Origin: Bacteroidota bacterium
Lineage (GTDB): Bacteria; Bacteroidota; Bacteroidia; Bacteroidales; VadinHA17
Direction: 5' to 3'
Assembly (NCBI GenBank): GCA_023430725.1
Contig: JAEYZD010000199.1
Coordinates: 1-51,097 of the forward strand
Length of the DNA stretch: 51,097 nucleotides
In this document: in pieces, positions 33,587-42,992 of the stretch
Layout of the letters: each line of letters opens with the position of its first letter
How positions within the stretch are numbered: position 1 is the stretch's first letter
Notes under the pieces: generated by a model
Database searches by the model: none
The model's input: only the letters and a program-made list of their open reading frames with translations
What the model was told of the DNA's origin: nothing
Position numbers and translations under genes: made by a program

Positions 33587-36448
33587 TCAGTGAGCCTCCA
33601 GCCAGTTATAGCCTGTACCTGTATCTACATCAAGCTCCACGCTGAGATGTGCGGCCCCCTTCATCTCATCACTGACAAGGGTTGCCAGCCTGTCGGCATG
33701 ACCTTCATCAACCTCGAAGATAAGTTCGTCATGCACCTGCAGAATCATCTTCGCCTCCTGCATCCCCCGCTCAAGGCGTGAAGCGATCCTGTCCATGGCA
33801 ATCTTGATTATGTCAGCGGCGCTGCCCTGCAACGGCGCATTGATGGCGTTGCGCTCTGCGTTGCCCCTGACAACCTGGTTCCTTGAGTGGATGTCAGGCA
33901 GATATCGCCTGCGCCCGAACATTGTAGTCACATACCCCTGCTCCCTGGCCTTGCGGATACTCTCATCCATGTATGCCTTCACCCCGGGATATGAACTGAA
34001 ATAGCCGTCTATCAGCTCTTTGGCCTCCTTGCGTCCTATTGTCAGACGCTCCGACAGGCCGAAGGCAGAGATGCCGTATATGATACCGAAATTGGCGGTT
34101 TTGGCCCTCGAGCGCATCTCGCGCGTCACCTCTGCAACAGGCACTCCGAAGATTTTTGCGGCAGTGGCCGAATGAATATCCTGACCCGAGGTGAAGTCTG
34201 CAATCATTGCACTGTCACCGCTGAGATGAGCCATTAACCTCAGTTCAATCTGGGAATAGTCAGCACTCAGGAATATTTTTCCCGGTGCGGGGATAAAAGC
34301 CTTTCGTATCTCCCGGCCCTCGGCATCGCGAACCGGAATATTCTGAAGGTTCGGGTTGGTGGAACTTAGCCTGCCGGTGGAGGCAACTGCCTGGTTGTAT
34401 GTTGTGTGTATCCTGCCTGTCACCGGGTCAATCAGCAGGGGAAGGGACTCTACATACGTTGACAGCAGTTTTTTCAAACCCCTGTATTCCAGTACCTTTC
34501 CTATTATCGGGTGTCTGTCTGTCAGTCGTTGCAACACCTCCTCGTCGGTGCGGTACTGTCTGGTTTTTGTAAGCCTTGCATTGTCGTCCAGCTTCAATCT
34601 CAGGAAAAGTATGTCTCCAAGCTGTTTGGGCGAGGAGATATTGAACTCCTGGCCGGCAAATGTATAGATCTCCTGCTCGAGTTTAATGATTGTCTCCCGC
34701 AGGGTTACCGCGTAGTTTTTCAGGACGCTCTCATCCAGCCGGACCCCTTCGCGCTCCATGGCTGCAAGTACACGTATTAGGGGCATCTCGATATTCTCCG
34801 CCAGGGTGTCAAGCCCCTCCTTCCGGAGCTTTGGCTCGAAGAGCTGCATCAGCTGCCATGTAACGTCGGCATCCTCCACGGCATACTCCTTCACCCGCTC
34901 CTTCTCCACATCCCTCATTGTCCTCTGCCGCGGACCCCGTTCTCCGATCAGTTCCTCGATGCGGACCGGCTCATAACCAAGATATTGCGAGGCCAGGAGG
35001 TCCATGTTGTGACGCATGTCGGGCTCCAGGAGATAGTGGGCCAGCATTGTGTCAAACAGCGGACCCCTGATACTTATGCCGTAACCGGAAAGGACCTGTA
35101 TGTCATATTTCAGGTTCTGCCCTGTTTTCCTGATTTTTTCATTTTCAAAAACCGGCTTCAGTGGCTCGAGCAGTTTCAGGGCCTCATCCCTTTCGGCCGG
35201 AAGCCAGAGCATCGTCCCCTTTCCCTTCTCCCAGGAAAAGGCAATTGAGACAAGCTGTGCATTGAGCGGATCGAGCGAATTTGTCTCAGTGTCAAAACAG
35301 AAATCCTTAAGTGAGGAAAGGGTAGCGGCCAGACCTGCGGCCTCCTTTACAGTCTCTATCAGAGTATATTCGTGTTGGGTTGAGCTAATGTCTGCCTTTC
35401 CTGAATCTTCTTTTCCTGCGGTTGCCCCGAAGAGTGTTCCCTGGGTATCGCTCCGGGATTCTGCGGATGTCGCCGGCGCGCTCTTTTCAGGAGATACGGA
35501 AGCGGGCGTAACGGCTTCGCCCTGCGGCAATTCCTGTCTTGAACCTGTGGCAGGCAGGCGCTGTGCCATGGTCCGGAACTCAAGCTCCTCGTAGATTTTC
35601 CGGAGAGCGTCAGTATCTGAAGTGTGGCGGTGCAGCTCGGCATGCCTGAACTCAACCGGAACATTCTGCTCGATTGTTGCAAGGCGTTTGGAAAGAAGAA
35701 TCTGTTCCCTGTTCTGTTCTATAATCTCTCTCTGGCGGCCCTGGATGGCCGGAGTGTTACCCAGCAGCCTCTCGATGCTTCCGTGCTCCCCAATCAGCTT
35801 ACAGGCCGTTTTTGGGCCTATTCCGGGTGCTCCGGGAATATTGTCGGAAGTATCACCCATTAATCCGAGAAGATCTGTGATATTTTCCGGTGAAACACCG
35901 TACTCCCTTACAATCTCTTCCCTGCCCCAGATCTCCGCCTCTCCGCCTGAGCGGCCGGGACGGTACATCACCACACGGTCAGTCACCAGCTGTGCAAAAT
36001 CCTTGTCGGGGGTCATCATATAGGCTGAATAACCCTCTTCTGCCGCCTTGCGTGCCAGGGTGCCTATTACATCGTCAGCCTCAAAGCCGGGCACTTCAAT
36101 AACCGGTATCCTCATGGCCTCCAGGATCTTCTTGATCCATGGAACGGCAATCTTTATGTCCTCGGGGGTGGCATCCCGGTTTGCCTTGTACTGCGGATAG
36201 ATCTCATTCCTGAAGGTAGGTCCCGGCGGGTCAAAGACAACGGCTATATGTGAGGGATTCTGCTTTGCAAGCAGATCCTCAAGGGTCAGCAGAAACCCGA
36301 AGACAGCCGATGTGTTCATTCCCTTGCTGGTTACGCGGGGATTGCGTATGAATGCATAATACGACCTGAATATCAATGCGTAAGCATCAAGCAGGAATAG
36401 TCTCTTGTCATTGTCGGGCTCAGTCACCTGTTGTCGGATTGATGCCAC
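33587..36448 (-). CDS. polA: DNA polymerase I
   Basis: 5'-3' exonuclease N-terminus (LFLLDAYALIFRSYYA). 3'-5' exonuclease region (FDTETNSLD). Pol A motifs (DYSQIELRLMAH, RSRAKTANFGIIYG, QVHDELIFE). Confidence 0.97.
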   Translation of the reverse strand: MASIRQQVTEPDNDKRLFLLDAYALIFRSYYAFIRNPRVTSKGMNTSAVFGFLLTLEDLLAKQNPSHIAVVFDPPGPTFRNEIYPQYKANRDATPEDIKIAVPWIKKILEAMRIPVIEVPGFEADDVIGTLARKAAEEGYSAYMMTPDKDFAQLVTDRVVMYRPGRSGGEAEIWGREEIVREYGVSPENITDLLGLMGDTSDNIPGAPGIGPKTACKLIGEHGSIERLLGNTPAIQGRQREIIEQNREQILLSKRLATIEQNVPVEFRHAELHRHTSDTDALRKIYEELEFRTMAQRLPATGSRQELPQGEAVTPASVSPEKSAPATSAESRSDTQGTLFGATAGKEDSGKADISSTQHEYTLIETVKEAAGLAATLSSLKDFCFDTETNSLDPLNAQLVSIAFSWEKGKGTMLWLPAERDEALKLLEPLKPVFENEKIRKTGQNLKYDIQVLSGYGISIRGPLFDTMLAHYLLEPDMRHNMDLLASQYLGYEPVRIEELIGERGPRQRTMRDVEKERVKEYAVEDADVTWQLMQLFEPKLRKEGLDTLAENIEMPLIRVLAAMEREGVRLDESVLKNYAVTLRETIIKLEQEIYTFAGQEFNISSPKQLGDILFLRLKLDDNARLTKTRQYRTDEEVLQRLTDRHPIIGKVLEYRGLKKLLSTYVESLPLLIDPVTGRIHTTYNQAVASTGRLSSTNPNLQNIPVRDAEGREIRKAFIPAPGKIFLSADYSQIELRLMAHLSGDSAMIADFTSGQDIHSATAAKIFGVPVAEVTREMRSRAKTANFGIIYGISAFGLSERLTIGRKEAKELIDGYFSSYPGVKAYMDESIRKAREQGYVTTMFGRRRYLPDIHSRNQVVRGNAERNAINAPLQGSAADIIKIAMDRIASRLERGMQEAKMILQVHDELIFEVDEGHADRLATLVSDEMKGAAHLSVELDVDTGTGYNWLEAH

Positions 36449-36873
36449 TCGGCATAGGCAGTGGCGGTTTCATACAATTTAACGCTGTGCAGCCATGTTC
36501 CGGCCGGCGCTTTGCCTGAAAGAGTTGCTGCAATGTCCGCCACCAGGTTCTCGCATGTAGGCTGGTAAGGCGATACGATGACGTTGCCGAAATGCTTACG
36601 GTAACTCTCCACGGTAGCAGCAGGGGCCTGGCCGGATACCATCAGGGAATGGTCAAGCCGGTCCACGACAGCTTCCCGTACAAGTTTTTTCAGATCGCCG
36701 AAATCAAGCACCATGCCGTTCCGGTTGCTTTCGGGATCGTTCACCGGCTCCCCGGCAAAGGTTATATAGAGAATGTACGAGTGTCCGTGCACATTCCGGC
36801 ACGGGCCGTCGTAATTCCACAGTGCGTGGGCCATCTCAAACCTGAATTCCTTTGTTACCCGTATTACGGACAT
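36424..36873 (-). CDS. queD: 6-carboxy-5,6,7,8-tetrahydropterin synthase
   Basis: FEMAHAL..CRNVHGHSY motif (Cys-x3-His-Gly-His) and HSVKLYET. 149 aa. Overlaps the polA start by 25 nt. Confidence 0.88.
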   Translation of the reverse strand: MSVIRVTKEFRFEMAHALWNYDGPCRNVHGHSYILYITFAGEPVNDPESNRNGMVLDFGDLKKLVREAVVDRLDHSLMVSGQAPAATVESYRKHFGNVIVSPYQPTCENLVADIAATLSGKAPAGTWLHSVKLYETATAYAEWHQSDNR

Positions 36874-36895
36874 CTGTGTATCTTTTTGGTCTACG

Positions 36896-36903
36896 CAAAA
36901 ATA
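36896..36903 (-). promoter_or_regulatory. -7 promoter box TATTTTTG (minus strand) for the queD-polA-moaDE unit
   Basis: + strand CAAAAATA, 22 nt upstream of the queD ATG at 36873. Confidence 0.4.
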
Positions 36904-36986
36904 AACTATTTAAAACGATTTTTGTTTGAGGGGATATTAACGCATGATATTTACACGTTTAAATGTCCTACATATTAATTAAACTT

Positions 36987-36994
36987 TATCTTTG
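36987..36994 (+). promoter_or_regulatory. -7 promoter box TATCTTTG for the acyl-CoA ligase gene
   Basis: Perfect TAnnTTTG, 21 nt upstream of the ATG at 37016. Confidence 0.45.
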
Positions 36995-37015
36995 CAGCCA
37001 ATACATTAATAACCA

Positions 37016-38656
37016 ATGGATAATAACGAGTTGTTGACCATCCCGTTCCTTGCAGGGGAGAGCTTCAGAAAGCACGGAGAAAACAAGGCAATGGGTTTCG
37101 TGGGGGAGGATGTAATTACCTACAACCAGCTGGACGCCAGGATCCGCTCAGTGATGAGGCTGCTGGAAGACTATTCGGTTAAACCCGGAGACAGGGTTGC
37201 CATACTCAGTACCAGCATGCCCAACTGGGGTGTCACCTACTTTGCTGTAACATTCATGGGGGCGGTTGCCGTACCCGTACTGCCCGACTTTACCCCTGGA
37301 GAGATAGCGAACGTCCTGGAACACTCCGGGGCGAAAGCGCTTTTTGTATCCGGCAACCTGGCACATAAGGTTGCAGATTACAAGTCCGGGTACATGGAAA
37401 CGGTGATTTCAATCGACGATTACAAAATCATATCCGGTTCCAATGGAAGAAGCTTCCATGAGGGCGCCATGCCGTTGAACAAATACAACGTGGCCGAGGA
37501 TGACCTTGCAGTAATAATTTACACATCCGGCACAACAGGCAAGTCCAAGGGGGTGATGCTGACGCATAAGAATATTTCATGGATGGCCAGACAGGTGAGG
37601 ACTATACAGTATGTTGTTGAAAGTGATGTTTTCCTTTCCATTCTGCCTCTTTCACATACATATGAGCAGACACTTGGACTGGTGCTTCCCGTCTTCAACG
37701 GGGCAATGGTCTGGTATCTCCGTAAGGCGCCCACGCCATCGGTGCTTCTGCCTGCTCTTAAGGAAGTAAGGCCGACTACGATGCTGACAGTGCCCCTTAT
37801 CATTGAGAAAGTCTATTTTGGCAAGGTGGCTCCCACATTCCACAAGAACAAGGTCATGGCCACTCTTTACCGTATGCCGCTTTTCCGCAGGCTGCTTAAC
37901 AGGGTGGCAGGCAAGAAGATATATGAAGCATTCGGAGGCCGCCTCAGGTTCTTCGGCATCGGGGGAGCGAAACTCAACCCCACGGTGGAGCAGTTCCTGC
38001 TTGATGCAAAGTTTCCGTACGCCATCGGCTACGGTCTGACCGAGACATCACCGCTGCTGGCAGGAACGGTTGTCGGCACTTGCAGGCTGGGCAGTACAGG
38101 CCCCGCTATGCAGGGTGTCACACTGCAGATACACAATCCTGATCCTGTTACCGGCGAGGGAGAAGTTTGGGCAAGGGGTGAAAATGTCATGAAAGGTTAT
38201 TTTAAGGAGCCTGCACTTACAGCCGAGGTGATTACACCTGACGGTTGGTTCAGGACCGGTGACCTGGGGGTCATTGACAGGGACAACTTTTTAAGTCTCA
38301 AGGGCAGGCTGAAGAACATGATTGTTGGCTCAAGCGGTGAAAACATCTACCCCGAAGAGATTGAGTCAGTCATCAATGATTTCAGCCATGTGATTGAATC
38401 TCTTGTAGTTCAGAAAAAGGGAAAGCTTGTAGCAATGGTTCATGTAAATCTCGAAGAGCTGCAGGCCAAATATGCCCAGATGAAGAAAGATTTCTCCGAT
38501 CAGGCTGAGCAGATCATCAATGAGTACCTCGAAGAGCTCCAGAAGTATGTAAACTCAAAGGTCAACAGGTACAGCCAGCTGCAGATGGTAATTTACCAAC
38601 CGGAGCCATTCCAGAAGACAGCCACACTGAAGATCAAGAGGTTTCTTTACTACTGA
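37016..38656 (+). CDS. AMP-dependent synthetase/ligase (long-chain fatty acid--CoA ligase-like)
   Basis: AMP-binding signature YTSGTTGKSKGV. GYGLTET. TGDLG..D. C-terminal KIKR. Confidence 0.88.
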   Translation: MDNNELLTIPFLAGESFRKHGENKAMGFVGEDVITYNQLDARIRSVMRLLEDYSVKPGDRVAILSTSMPNWGVTYFAVTFMGAVAVPVLPDFTPGEIANVLEHSGAKALFVSGNLAHKVADYKSGYMETVISIDDYKIISGSNGRSFHEGAMPLNKYNVAEDDLAVIIYTSGTTGKSKGVMLTHKNISWMARQVRTIQYVVESDVFLSILPLSHTYEQTLGLVLPVFNGAMVWYLRKAPTPSVLLPALKEVRPTTMLTVPLIIEKVYFGKVAPTFHKNKVMATLYRMPLFRRLLNRVAGKKIYEAFGGRLRFFGIGGAKLNPTVEQFLLDAKFPYAIGYGLTETSPLLAGTVVGTCRLGSTGPAMQGVTLQIHNPDPVTGEGEVWARGENVMKGYFKEPALTAEVITPDGWFRTGDLGVIDRDNFLSLKGRLKNMIVGSSGENIYPEEIESVINDFSHVIESLVVQKKGKLVAMVHVNLEELQAKYAQMKKDFSDQAEQIINEYLEELQKYVNSKVNRYSQLQMVIYQPEPFQKTATLKIKRFLYY

Positions 38657-38753
38657 TTGCACTTCTCTTCCTTCATTTACAGCCGTGACTTGATACCTTC
38701 CGGAGTTAAGTGATTGCTGTTTTTTTGCTATTTTGCGGCCAAATTTCAAACAT

Positions 38754-39362
38754 ATGTCGAACCGGACCAAAGCTCTGCTTCTCATTTTTTCAATCCTGAT
38801 TATTGATCAGGTTGTAAAGATCATAATCAAAACAAATATGGTTATCGGCGAGGAGATTCCTGTCCTCGGCAACTGGTTCAGGATACACTTCCTTGAGAAC
38901 AACGGCATGGCCTTCGGCATGGAATGGGGCGGGAAGACAGGGAAGGTTGCCCTTTCGGTCTTCAGGATGATTGCAATTGCCGGCATCTCTTGGTATCTCA
39001 GCAGCATTATCAGGAAGAAGGCCCCGCTGGGACTGATCCTCTCAGTCAGCGCAATCATTGCAGGCGCTGCAGGCAACCTTATTGACAGCGCATTCTACGG
39101 CATGATCTTCAGTGAGAGCTGGCATACCACAGCTGTATTGTTTCCTGAAGGAGGCGGCTACTCGTCATTTCTGCACGGCAAGGTGGTTGATATGCTCTAT
39201 TTTCCTATTATCGACACACACTGGCCTGACTGGTCACCCTTCAGACCCGGACAGTCGTTCATCTTCTTCAGGCCAGTCTTCAACCTGGCGGACACCTCGA
39301 TCACAACTGGCGTTCTGGCAATACTTGTCTTTCAGAAGAAATTCCTCGGCGAGCACAGCTAG
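38754..39362 (+). CDS. lspA: Lipoprotein signal peptidase (signal peptidase II)
   Basis: IDQVVK, NNGMAFG, VVDMLYF and FNLAD motifs; four TM segments. The ATG at 38754 is preferred over the TTG at 38733. Confidence 0.88.
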   Translation: MSNRTKALLLIFSILIIDQVVKIIIKTNMVIGEEIPVLGNWFRIHFLENNGMAFGMEWGGKTGKVALSVFRMIAIAGISWYLSSIIRKKAPLGLILSVSAIIAGAAGNLIDSAFYGMIFSESWHTTAVLFPEGGGYSSFLHGKVVDMLYFPIIDTHWPDWSPFRPGQSFIFFRPVFNLADTSITTGVLAILVFQKKFLGEHS

Positions 39363-39461
39363 AGAGAGCCTCTCAGTCAGAAATCAGTCATTTTCAGTTA
39401 AATTCTGAAGTAAACAGAAAGGTTCCTTCTGTCCTGAAACAATTTGTTCCGCATTTTGTCT

Positions 39462-39469
39462 TATTTTTG
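39462..39469 (+). promoter_or_regulatory. -7 promoter box TATTTTTG for the polyprenyl synthase gene
   Basis: Perfect TAnnTTTG, 22 nt upstream of the ATG at 39492 and downstream of the ORF-track ATG at 39444. This argues for the shorter start. Confidence 0.4.
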
Positions 39470-39491
39470 GTATCATTACCGCCGGTTCGGG

Positions 39492-40466
39492 ATGGCAAGC
39501 CTTTCAGATATACAGAAGCCTGTAGCAGCAGAGATGCGCGAGTTTGAGTCTTATTTCAGGCACACACTGCACAGTGATATTCCGTTCTTTCATGTCATAC
39601 TGAGCACTTTCATTCGCCGAAAGGGTAAGCAGATGAGGCCGTTGCTTGTTTTTCTTACAGCCAGGCTTAACGGTACCGTGAACGAAACCACATTCATTGC
39701 CGCAACTTTCATTGAGCTGCTGCACACTGCCACACTGGTGCACGATGATGTTGTTGACGAAGCGTCGGAAAGACGCGGGCTTCCCACAATCAATGTGCTT
39801 TATAACTCTAAGATTGCTGTGCTTGTAGGAGATTACCTGCTGGCACAGGGCTTGCTCATCAGCGTGGAGAAGCAGAAATTCAACATGCTCGGAATTGTCT
39901 CCGATGCAGTTCGTGAGATTGTCAAAGGGGAGCTTGTGCAGTTGCAGAAGACCCGAAAGCTTGATATAAGTGAAGCAGACTATTTCAGAATCATCAGGAT
40001 GAAGACCGCAGCGCTCATATCTGCCTGTACGGCATGCGGGGCCAGCTCGGTGACTGACGATACTGAGCTCATTTCCCGAATGAAGGAGATGGGGGAAAAT
40101 ATAGGAGTGGCGTTCCAGATAAAGGACGACCTTCTTGATTATAAGAGCGAGGGACTTACCGGCAAGAGGGAAGGCAATGACATCAAGGAAAAGAAGATCA
40201 CTCTCCCTTTGATACATGCCCTTCGGGTAGCAGGTCCGCTCGAAAGACGCCGCATACTGAGACTGCTCAGACGGAAGAAGAAAGGGAGCCGGGAAATAAG
40301 GGAAGTAATAGAATTTGTCAAGAAACACGGGGGATTGGAATATGCCGAGACTAAAATGCAGGAATACTCTGACAGGGCAATCCGCATTCTGGAGGCATAT
40401 CCCGATTCAGAAACCAAATTCGCACTCATAGAATTTGTTATGTTTTCAACACTCAGAAGAAAATGA
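39492..40466 (+). CDS. Polyprenyl diphosphate synthase (IspB-like, trans-prenyltransferase)
   Basis: First and second Asp-rich motifs LVHDDVVDE and FQIKDDLLD. Confidence 0.88.
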   Translation: MASLSDIQKPVAAEMREFESYFRHTLHSDIPFFHVILSTFIRRKGKQMRPLLVFLTARLNGTVNETTFIAATFIELLHTATLVHDDVVDEASERRGLPTINVLYNSKIAVLVGDYLLAQGLLISVEKQKFNMLGIVSDAVREIVKGELVQLQKTRKLDISEADYFRIIRMKTAALISACTACGASSVTDDTELISRMKEMGENIGVAFQIKDDLLDYKSEGLTGKREGNDIKEKKITLPLIHALRVAGPLERRRILRLLRRKKKGSREIREVIEFVKKHGGLEYAETKMQEYSDRAIRILEAYPDSETKFALIEFVMFSTLRRK

Positions 40467-40903
40467 AAGACGTTAGTCGCTTTCTGTCACTTGGCAGTTA
40501 TGCCATCGCAGGAGTCTCAAGAGACCCGAAAAAATTCGGACAGGCCATGTTCAGGGACCTGCGCAAAAAAGGGATGGACGTGGTACCGGTAAATCCCGCC
40601 GCCGATACAATCGACGGAGTGAAATGTTACAGGACAGTCAGTGAACTGCCGGCCGAAATCAGGGGGATCATTTTCATGACACCGAAGGAGGAAACACTTA
40701 CGGTAGCCAGGGAGGCAATTGCACACGGAATTAAAGATCTCTGGATCCAGCAGGGGGCTGAAACGAAGGAGACTGTTGCCGCCCTTGAAAAAGAAGATGT
40801 CAACCTGATCCACGGTCAGTGCATCATGATGTTCTGGAAACCCGACGGGATCCATTCCTTTCACCGTTTTCTGAAGAAAATCTTCGGGGGGCTGCCCGTC
40901 TGA
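40463..40903 (+). CDS. CoA-binding domain protein (YccU/YneT-like)
   Basis: ~146 aa with the pattern AIAGVSRDPKKFG..V.PVNP.....G.KCY.....P. Start overlaps the upstream stop (ATGA). Confidence 0.7.
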   Translation: MKDVSRFLSLGSYAIAGVSRDPKKFGQAMFRDLRKKGMDVVPVNPAADTIDGVKCYRTVSELPAEIRGIIFMTPKEETLTVAREAIAHGIKDLWIQQGAETKETVAALEKEDVNLIHGQCIMMFWKPDGIHSFHRFLKKIFGGLPV

Positions 40904-40996
40904 CGGGAAATATCCAAAGCTCACGAAGTTAACGCAGCAGGTAACCATGTCTTTCCTGCTGTTAATCTGTATTTTATGATGTTCGTGGAAATTTTT

Positions 40997-41010
40997 TGTT
41001 CCACGTGGAA
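40997..41010. repeat. TGTTCCACGTGGAA containing the 12-bp perfect palindrome TTCCACGTGGAA; copy 1
   Basis: Lies 5 nt 3' of the uvrC stop. An upstream CGTGGAA (40984-40990) can alternatively pair with TTCCACG. The identical 14-mer recurs at 44655-44668. Confidence 0.8.
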
Positions 41011-41015
41011 ATAAA

Positions 41016-42809
41016 TCAGTTTTTGAGGGCGGAGGCTATCAGTGCGGCTTTTTTGGTGCCAACTGCCTTTTCAAGCTCCTCCGCAGAGGCTTCGGCCACC
41101 TTTTTCACGGAGCCGAATTTTTTCAGGAGAAGCTCCTTGGTCTTCTCTCCTATCCCGGGAATTTCGTCGAGCAATGAAAGATTCATTTTGGAGCTTCGTT
41201 TGCCCCTGTGAAAATTTATCCCGAACCTGTGAGCTTCGTTCCTGAGGTGCTGAATGATTTTCAGGGTGATACTGTTCCTGTCAAGGTACAACGGCACTGA
41301 ATCTCCGGGAAAGTATATCTCTTCGAGTTTTTTTGCTATGCCGATTACGGTTATCTCTCCCCGGAGCCCAAGGCCTTCCAGGCTCCTTACAGCCGATGAG
41401 AGCTGACCCTTGCCGCCGTCAATAACAACAAGCTGTGGCAACGGTCTCTTCTCGTCAAGCATCCTCCTGTACCGGCGGTGGATCACCTCCTCCATTGATG
41501 CGAAGTCGTCCGGTCCGGTGACTGTCTTTATGTTAAAATGACGGTATTCCCTGTTGCTTGGTTTTCCGTTGCGGAACACAACACACGCTGCAACAGCGGA
41601 CTCACCCTGTATGTTCGAATTGTCAAAGCACTCTATATGAACGGGAAGCGCAGGCATATGAAGATCTTTCTTCATCCGTTCAAGGTTCTTCTCAGTCCTG
41701 TTTTCCTTCGACCGGTCCATTGCTTTCTTCTGTCTTTCAAGCCTGAAAAACACAGCGTTACGGTTTGCCAGCTCAAGCAGTTTATGCCTGTCTCCGCGTT
41801 GCGGTACCGAGTACTTTACCTTATCTATCAGTATTTCAGGCATAAATGGAACAATGATCTCCGGAGAGTCACTTGAGACGCGTTGCCTGATTTCTGTCAC
41901 AGCAGTAGAGAGAAGAGACTCCCTCTCTTCTTCCAGTCGCAGCTTGAGTTCTACTGACCACGACTGTACGATGGCGCCGGAAACGACTTTCATATAGCTG
42001 ATGAACATAGAGCCCTCGTCAACTGAGCAGCCGAACACATCCACGTTTCTGACTGAAGAGTTCACAACAACTGATTTGCTGCGGTACCGTGAAAGAAACT
42101 CCAGCTTTTCCTTGATCTTCTGTGCCTCTTCGAACCTGAGTCCGGCGGCGAACTTTTTCATCTGAGATTCAAGGTATGCCGTAACGCCTGAAAGATCTCC
42201 CTTTATGATTTCTTTTATCCTGGCTACCTGCTGGTTATAGTCGTCTTCACTTATCAGGCCTATGCACGGAGCCTTACAGTTACCCATGTGATATTCAAGG
42301 CATACTTTGAACTTACCTTCACTGATGGGTTTCTCCTGAAGAGGCAGTGAGCAGGTGCGGATCTGGAAGAGGTGGCGAATCAGCTCGAGGAGTGTTTTTA
42401 CGGCTATTACAGAGGTATAAGGCCCGAAGTATGACGATCCGTCAGGAATCAGCTTGCGTGTCAGAAACACCCGCGGAAAGTGCTCATTTTTAACGCATAT
42501 CCACGGATATGTCTTATCATCCTTGAGTAAAATATTGTATCGGGGCTGATGCTTCTTTATCAGGCTGTTTTCAAGGAGCAGTGCTTCAGATTCGCTGTCA
42601 ACTACAATATGGCGGATCTCCGTTGCACGCGAGAGCATCACATGAGTTTTGCCTGTCTGGTTCTTCGAGAAGTAGGATCCAACGCGTTTACGCAGGCTGC
42701 GGGCTTTCCCGACGTAAAGTATGATTCCTGAGGCATCAATGAACTGGTAAACCCCGGGTTTGTCCGGCAGCATCGAAGCGGTTGCACGAATATTTTCCCT
42801 GTCGGTCAA
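41016..42809 (-). CDS. uvrC: Excinuclease ABC subunit C
   Basis: GIY-YIG N-terminus (GVYQFIDASGIILYVGKA). UvrBC-interaction region. C-terminal (HhH)2 (IPGIGEKTKELLLKKFGS). Confidence 0.96.
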   Translation of the reverse strand: MTDRENIRATASMLPDKPGVYQFIDASGIILYVGKARSLRKRVGSYFSKNQTGKTHVMLSRATEIRHIVVDSESEALLLENSLIKKHQPRYNILLKDDKTYPWICVKNEHFPRVFLTRKLIPDGSSYFGPYTSVIAVKTLLELIRHLFQIRTCSLPLQEKPISEGKFKVCLEYHMGNCKAPCIGLISEDDYNQQVARIKEIIKGDLSGVTAYLESQMKKFAAGLRFEEAQKIKEKLEFLSRYRSKSVVVNSSVRNVDVFGCSVDEGSMFISYMKVVSGAIVQSWSVELKLRLEEERESLLSTAVTEIRQRVSSDSPEIIVPFMPEILIDKVKYSVPQRGDRHKLLELANRNAVFFRLERQKKAMDRSKENRTEKNLERMKKDLHMPALPVHIECFDNSNIQGESAVAACVVFRNGKPSNREYRHFNIKTVTGPDDFASMEEVIHRRYRRMLDEKRPLPQLVVIDGGKGQLSSAVRSLEGLGLRGEITVIGIAKKLEEIYFPGDSVPLYLDRNSITLKIIQHLRNEAHRFGINFHRGKRSSKMNLSLLDEIPGIGEKTKELLLKKFGSVKKVAEASAEELEKAVGTKKAALIASALKN

Positions 42810-42992
42810 AGCCTTATTCGTTGATTAATAGTACATTACACAGCAATCTGCGATTGTTTGCACCGCTTAAAGTTAAGAATTTAGGCATTCTGAAATTGAA
42901 CTGGTTGGCATGATAATATCACCCTGGCTCACTATTGCCTGATTATCAAGACATTAGTAAGCCTGGAGTTGATATGACAACTCTCCGGCGGT

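Noticed and set aside
36424-36448. 25-nt overlap of queD and polA; considered as a frameshift or fusion artefact
   Set aside because: Both proteins have complete, normal termini: queD ends after ...AEWHQSDNR, and polA starts MASIRQQ...LFLLDAYALIFR. Short overlaps are common in this compact region.
36874-37015. Possible preQ1 riboswitch upstream of queD
   Set aside because: The leader downstream of the -7 box is only about 20 nt. No preQ1-I or preQ1-II hairpin/pseudoknot pattern is seen.
39504-40328. 274-aa minus-strand ORF
   Set aside because: It is entirely antisense to the polyprenyl synthase gene, which has both DDxxD motifs. Its translation has no motif and is Cys/His/Leu-rich.
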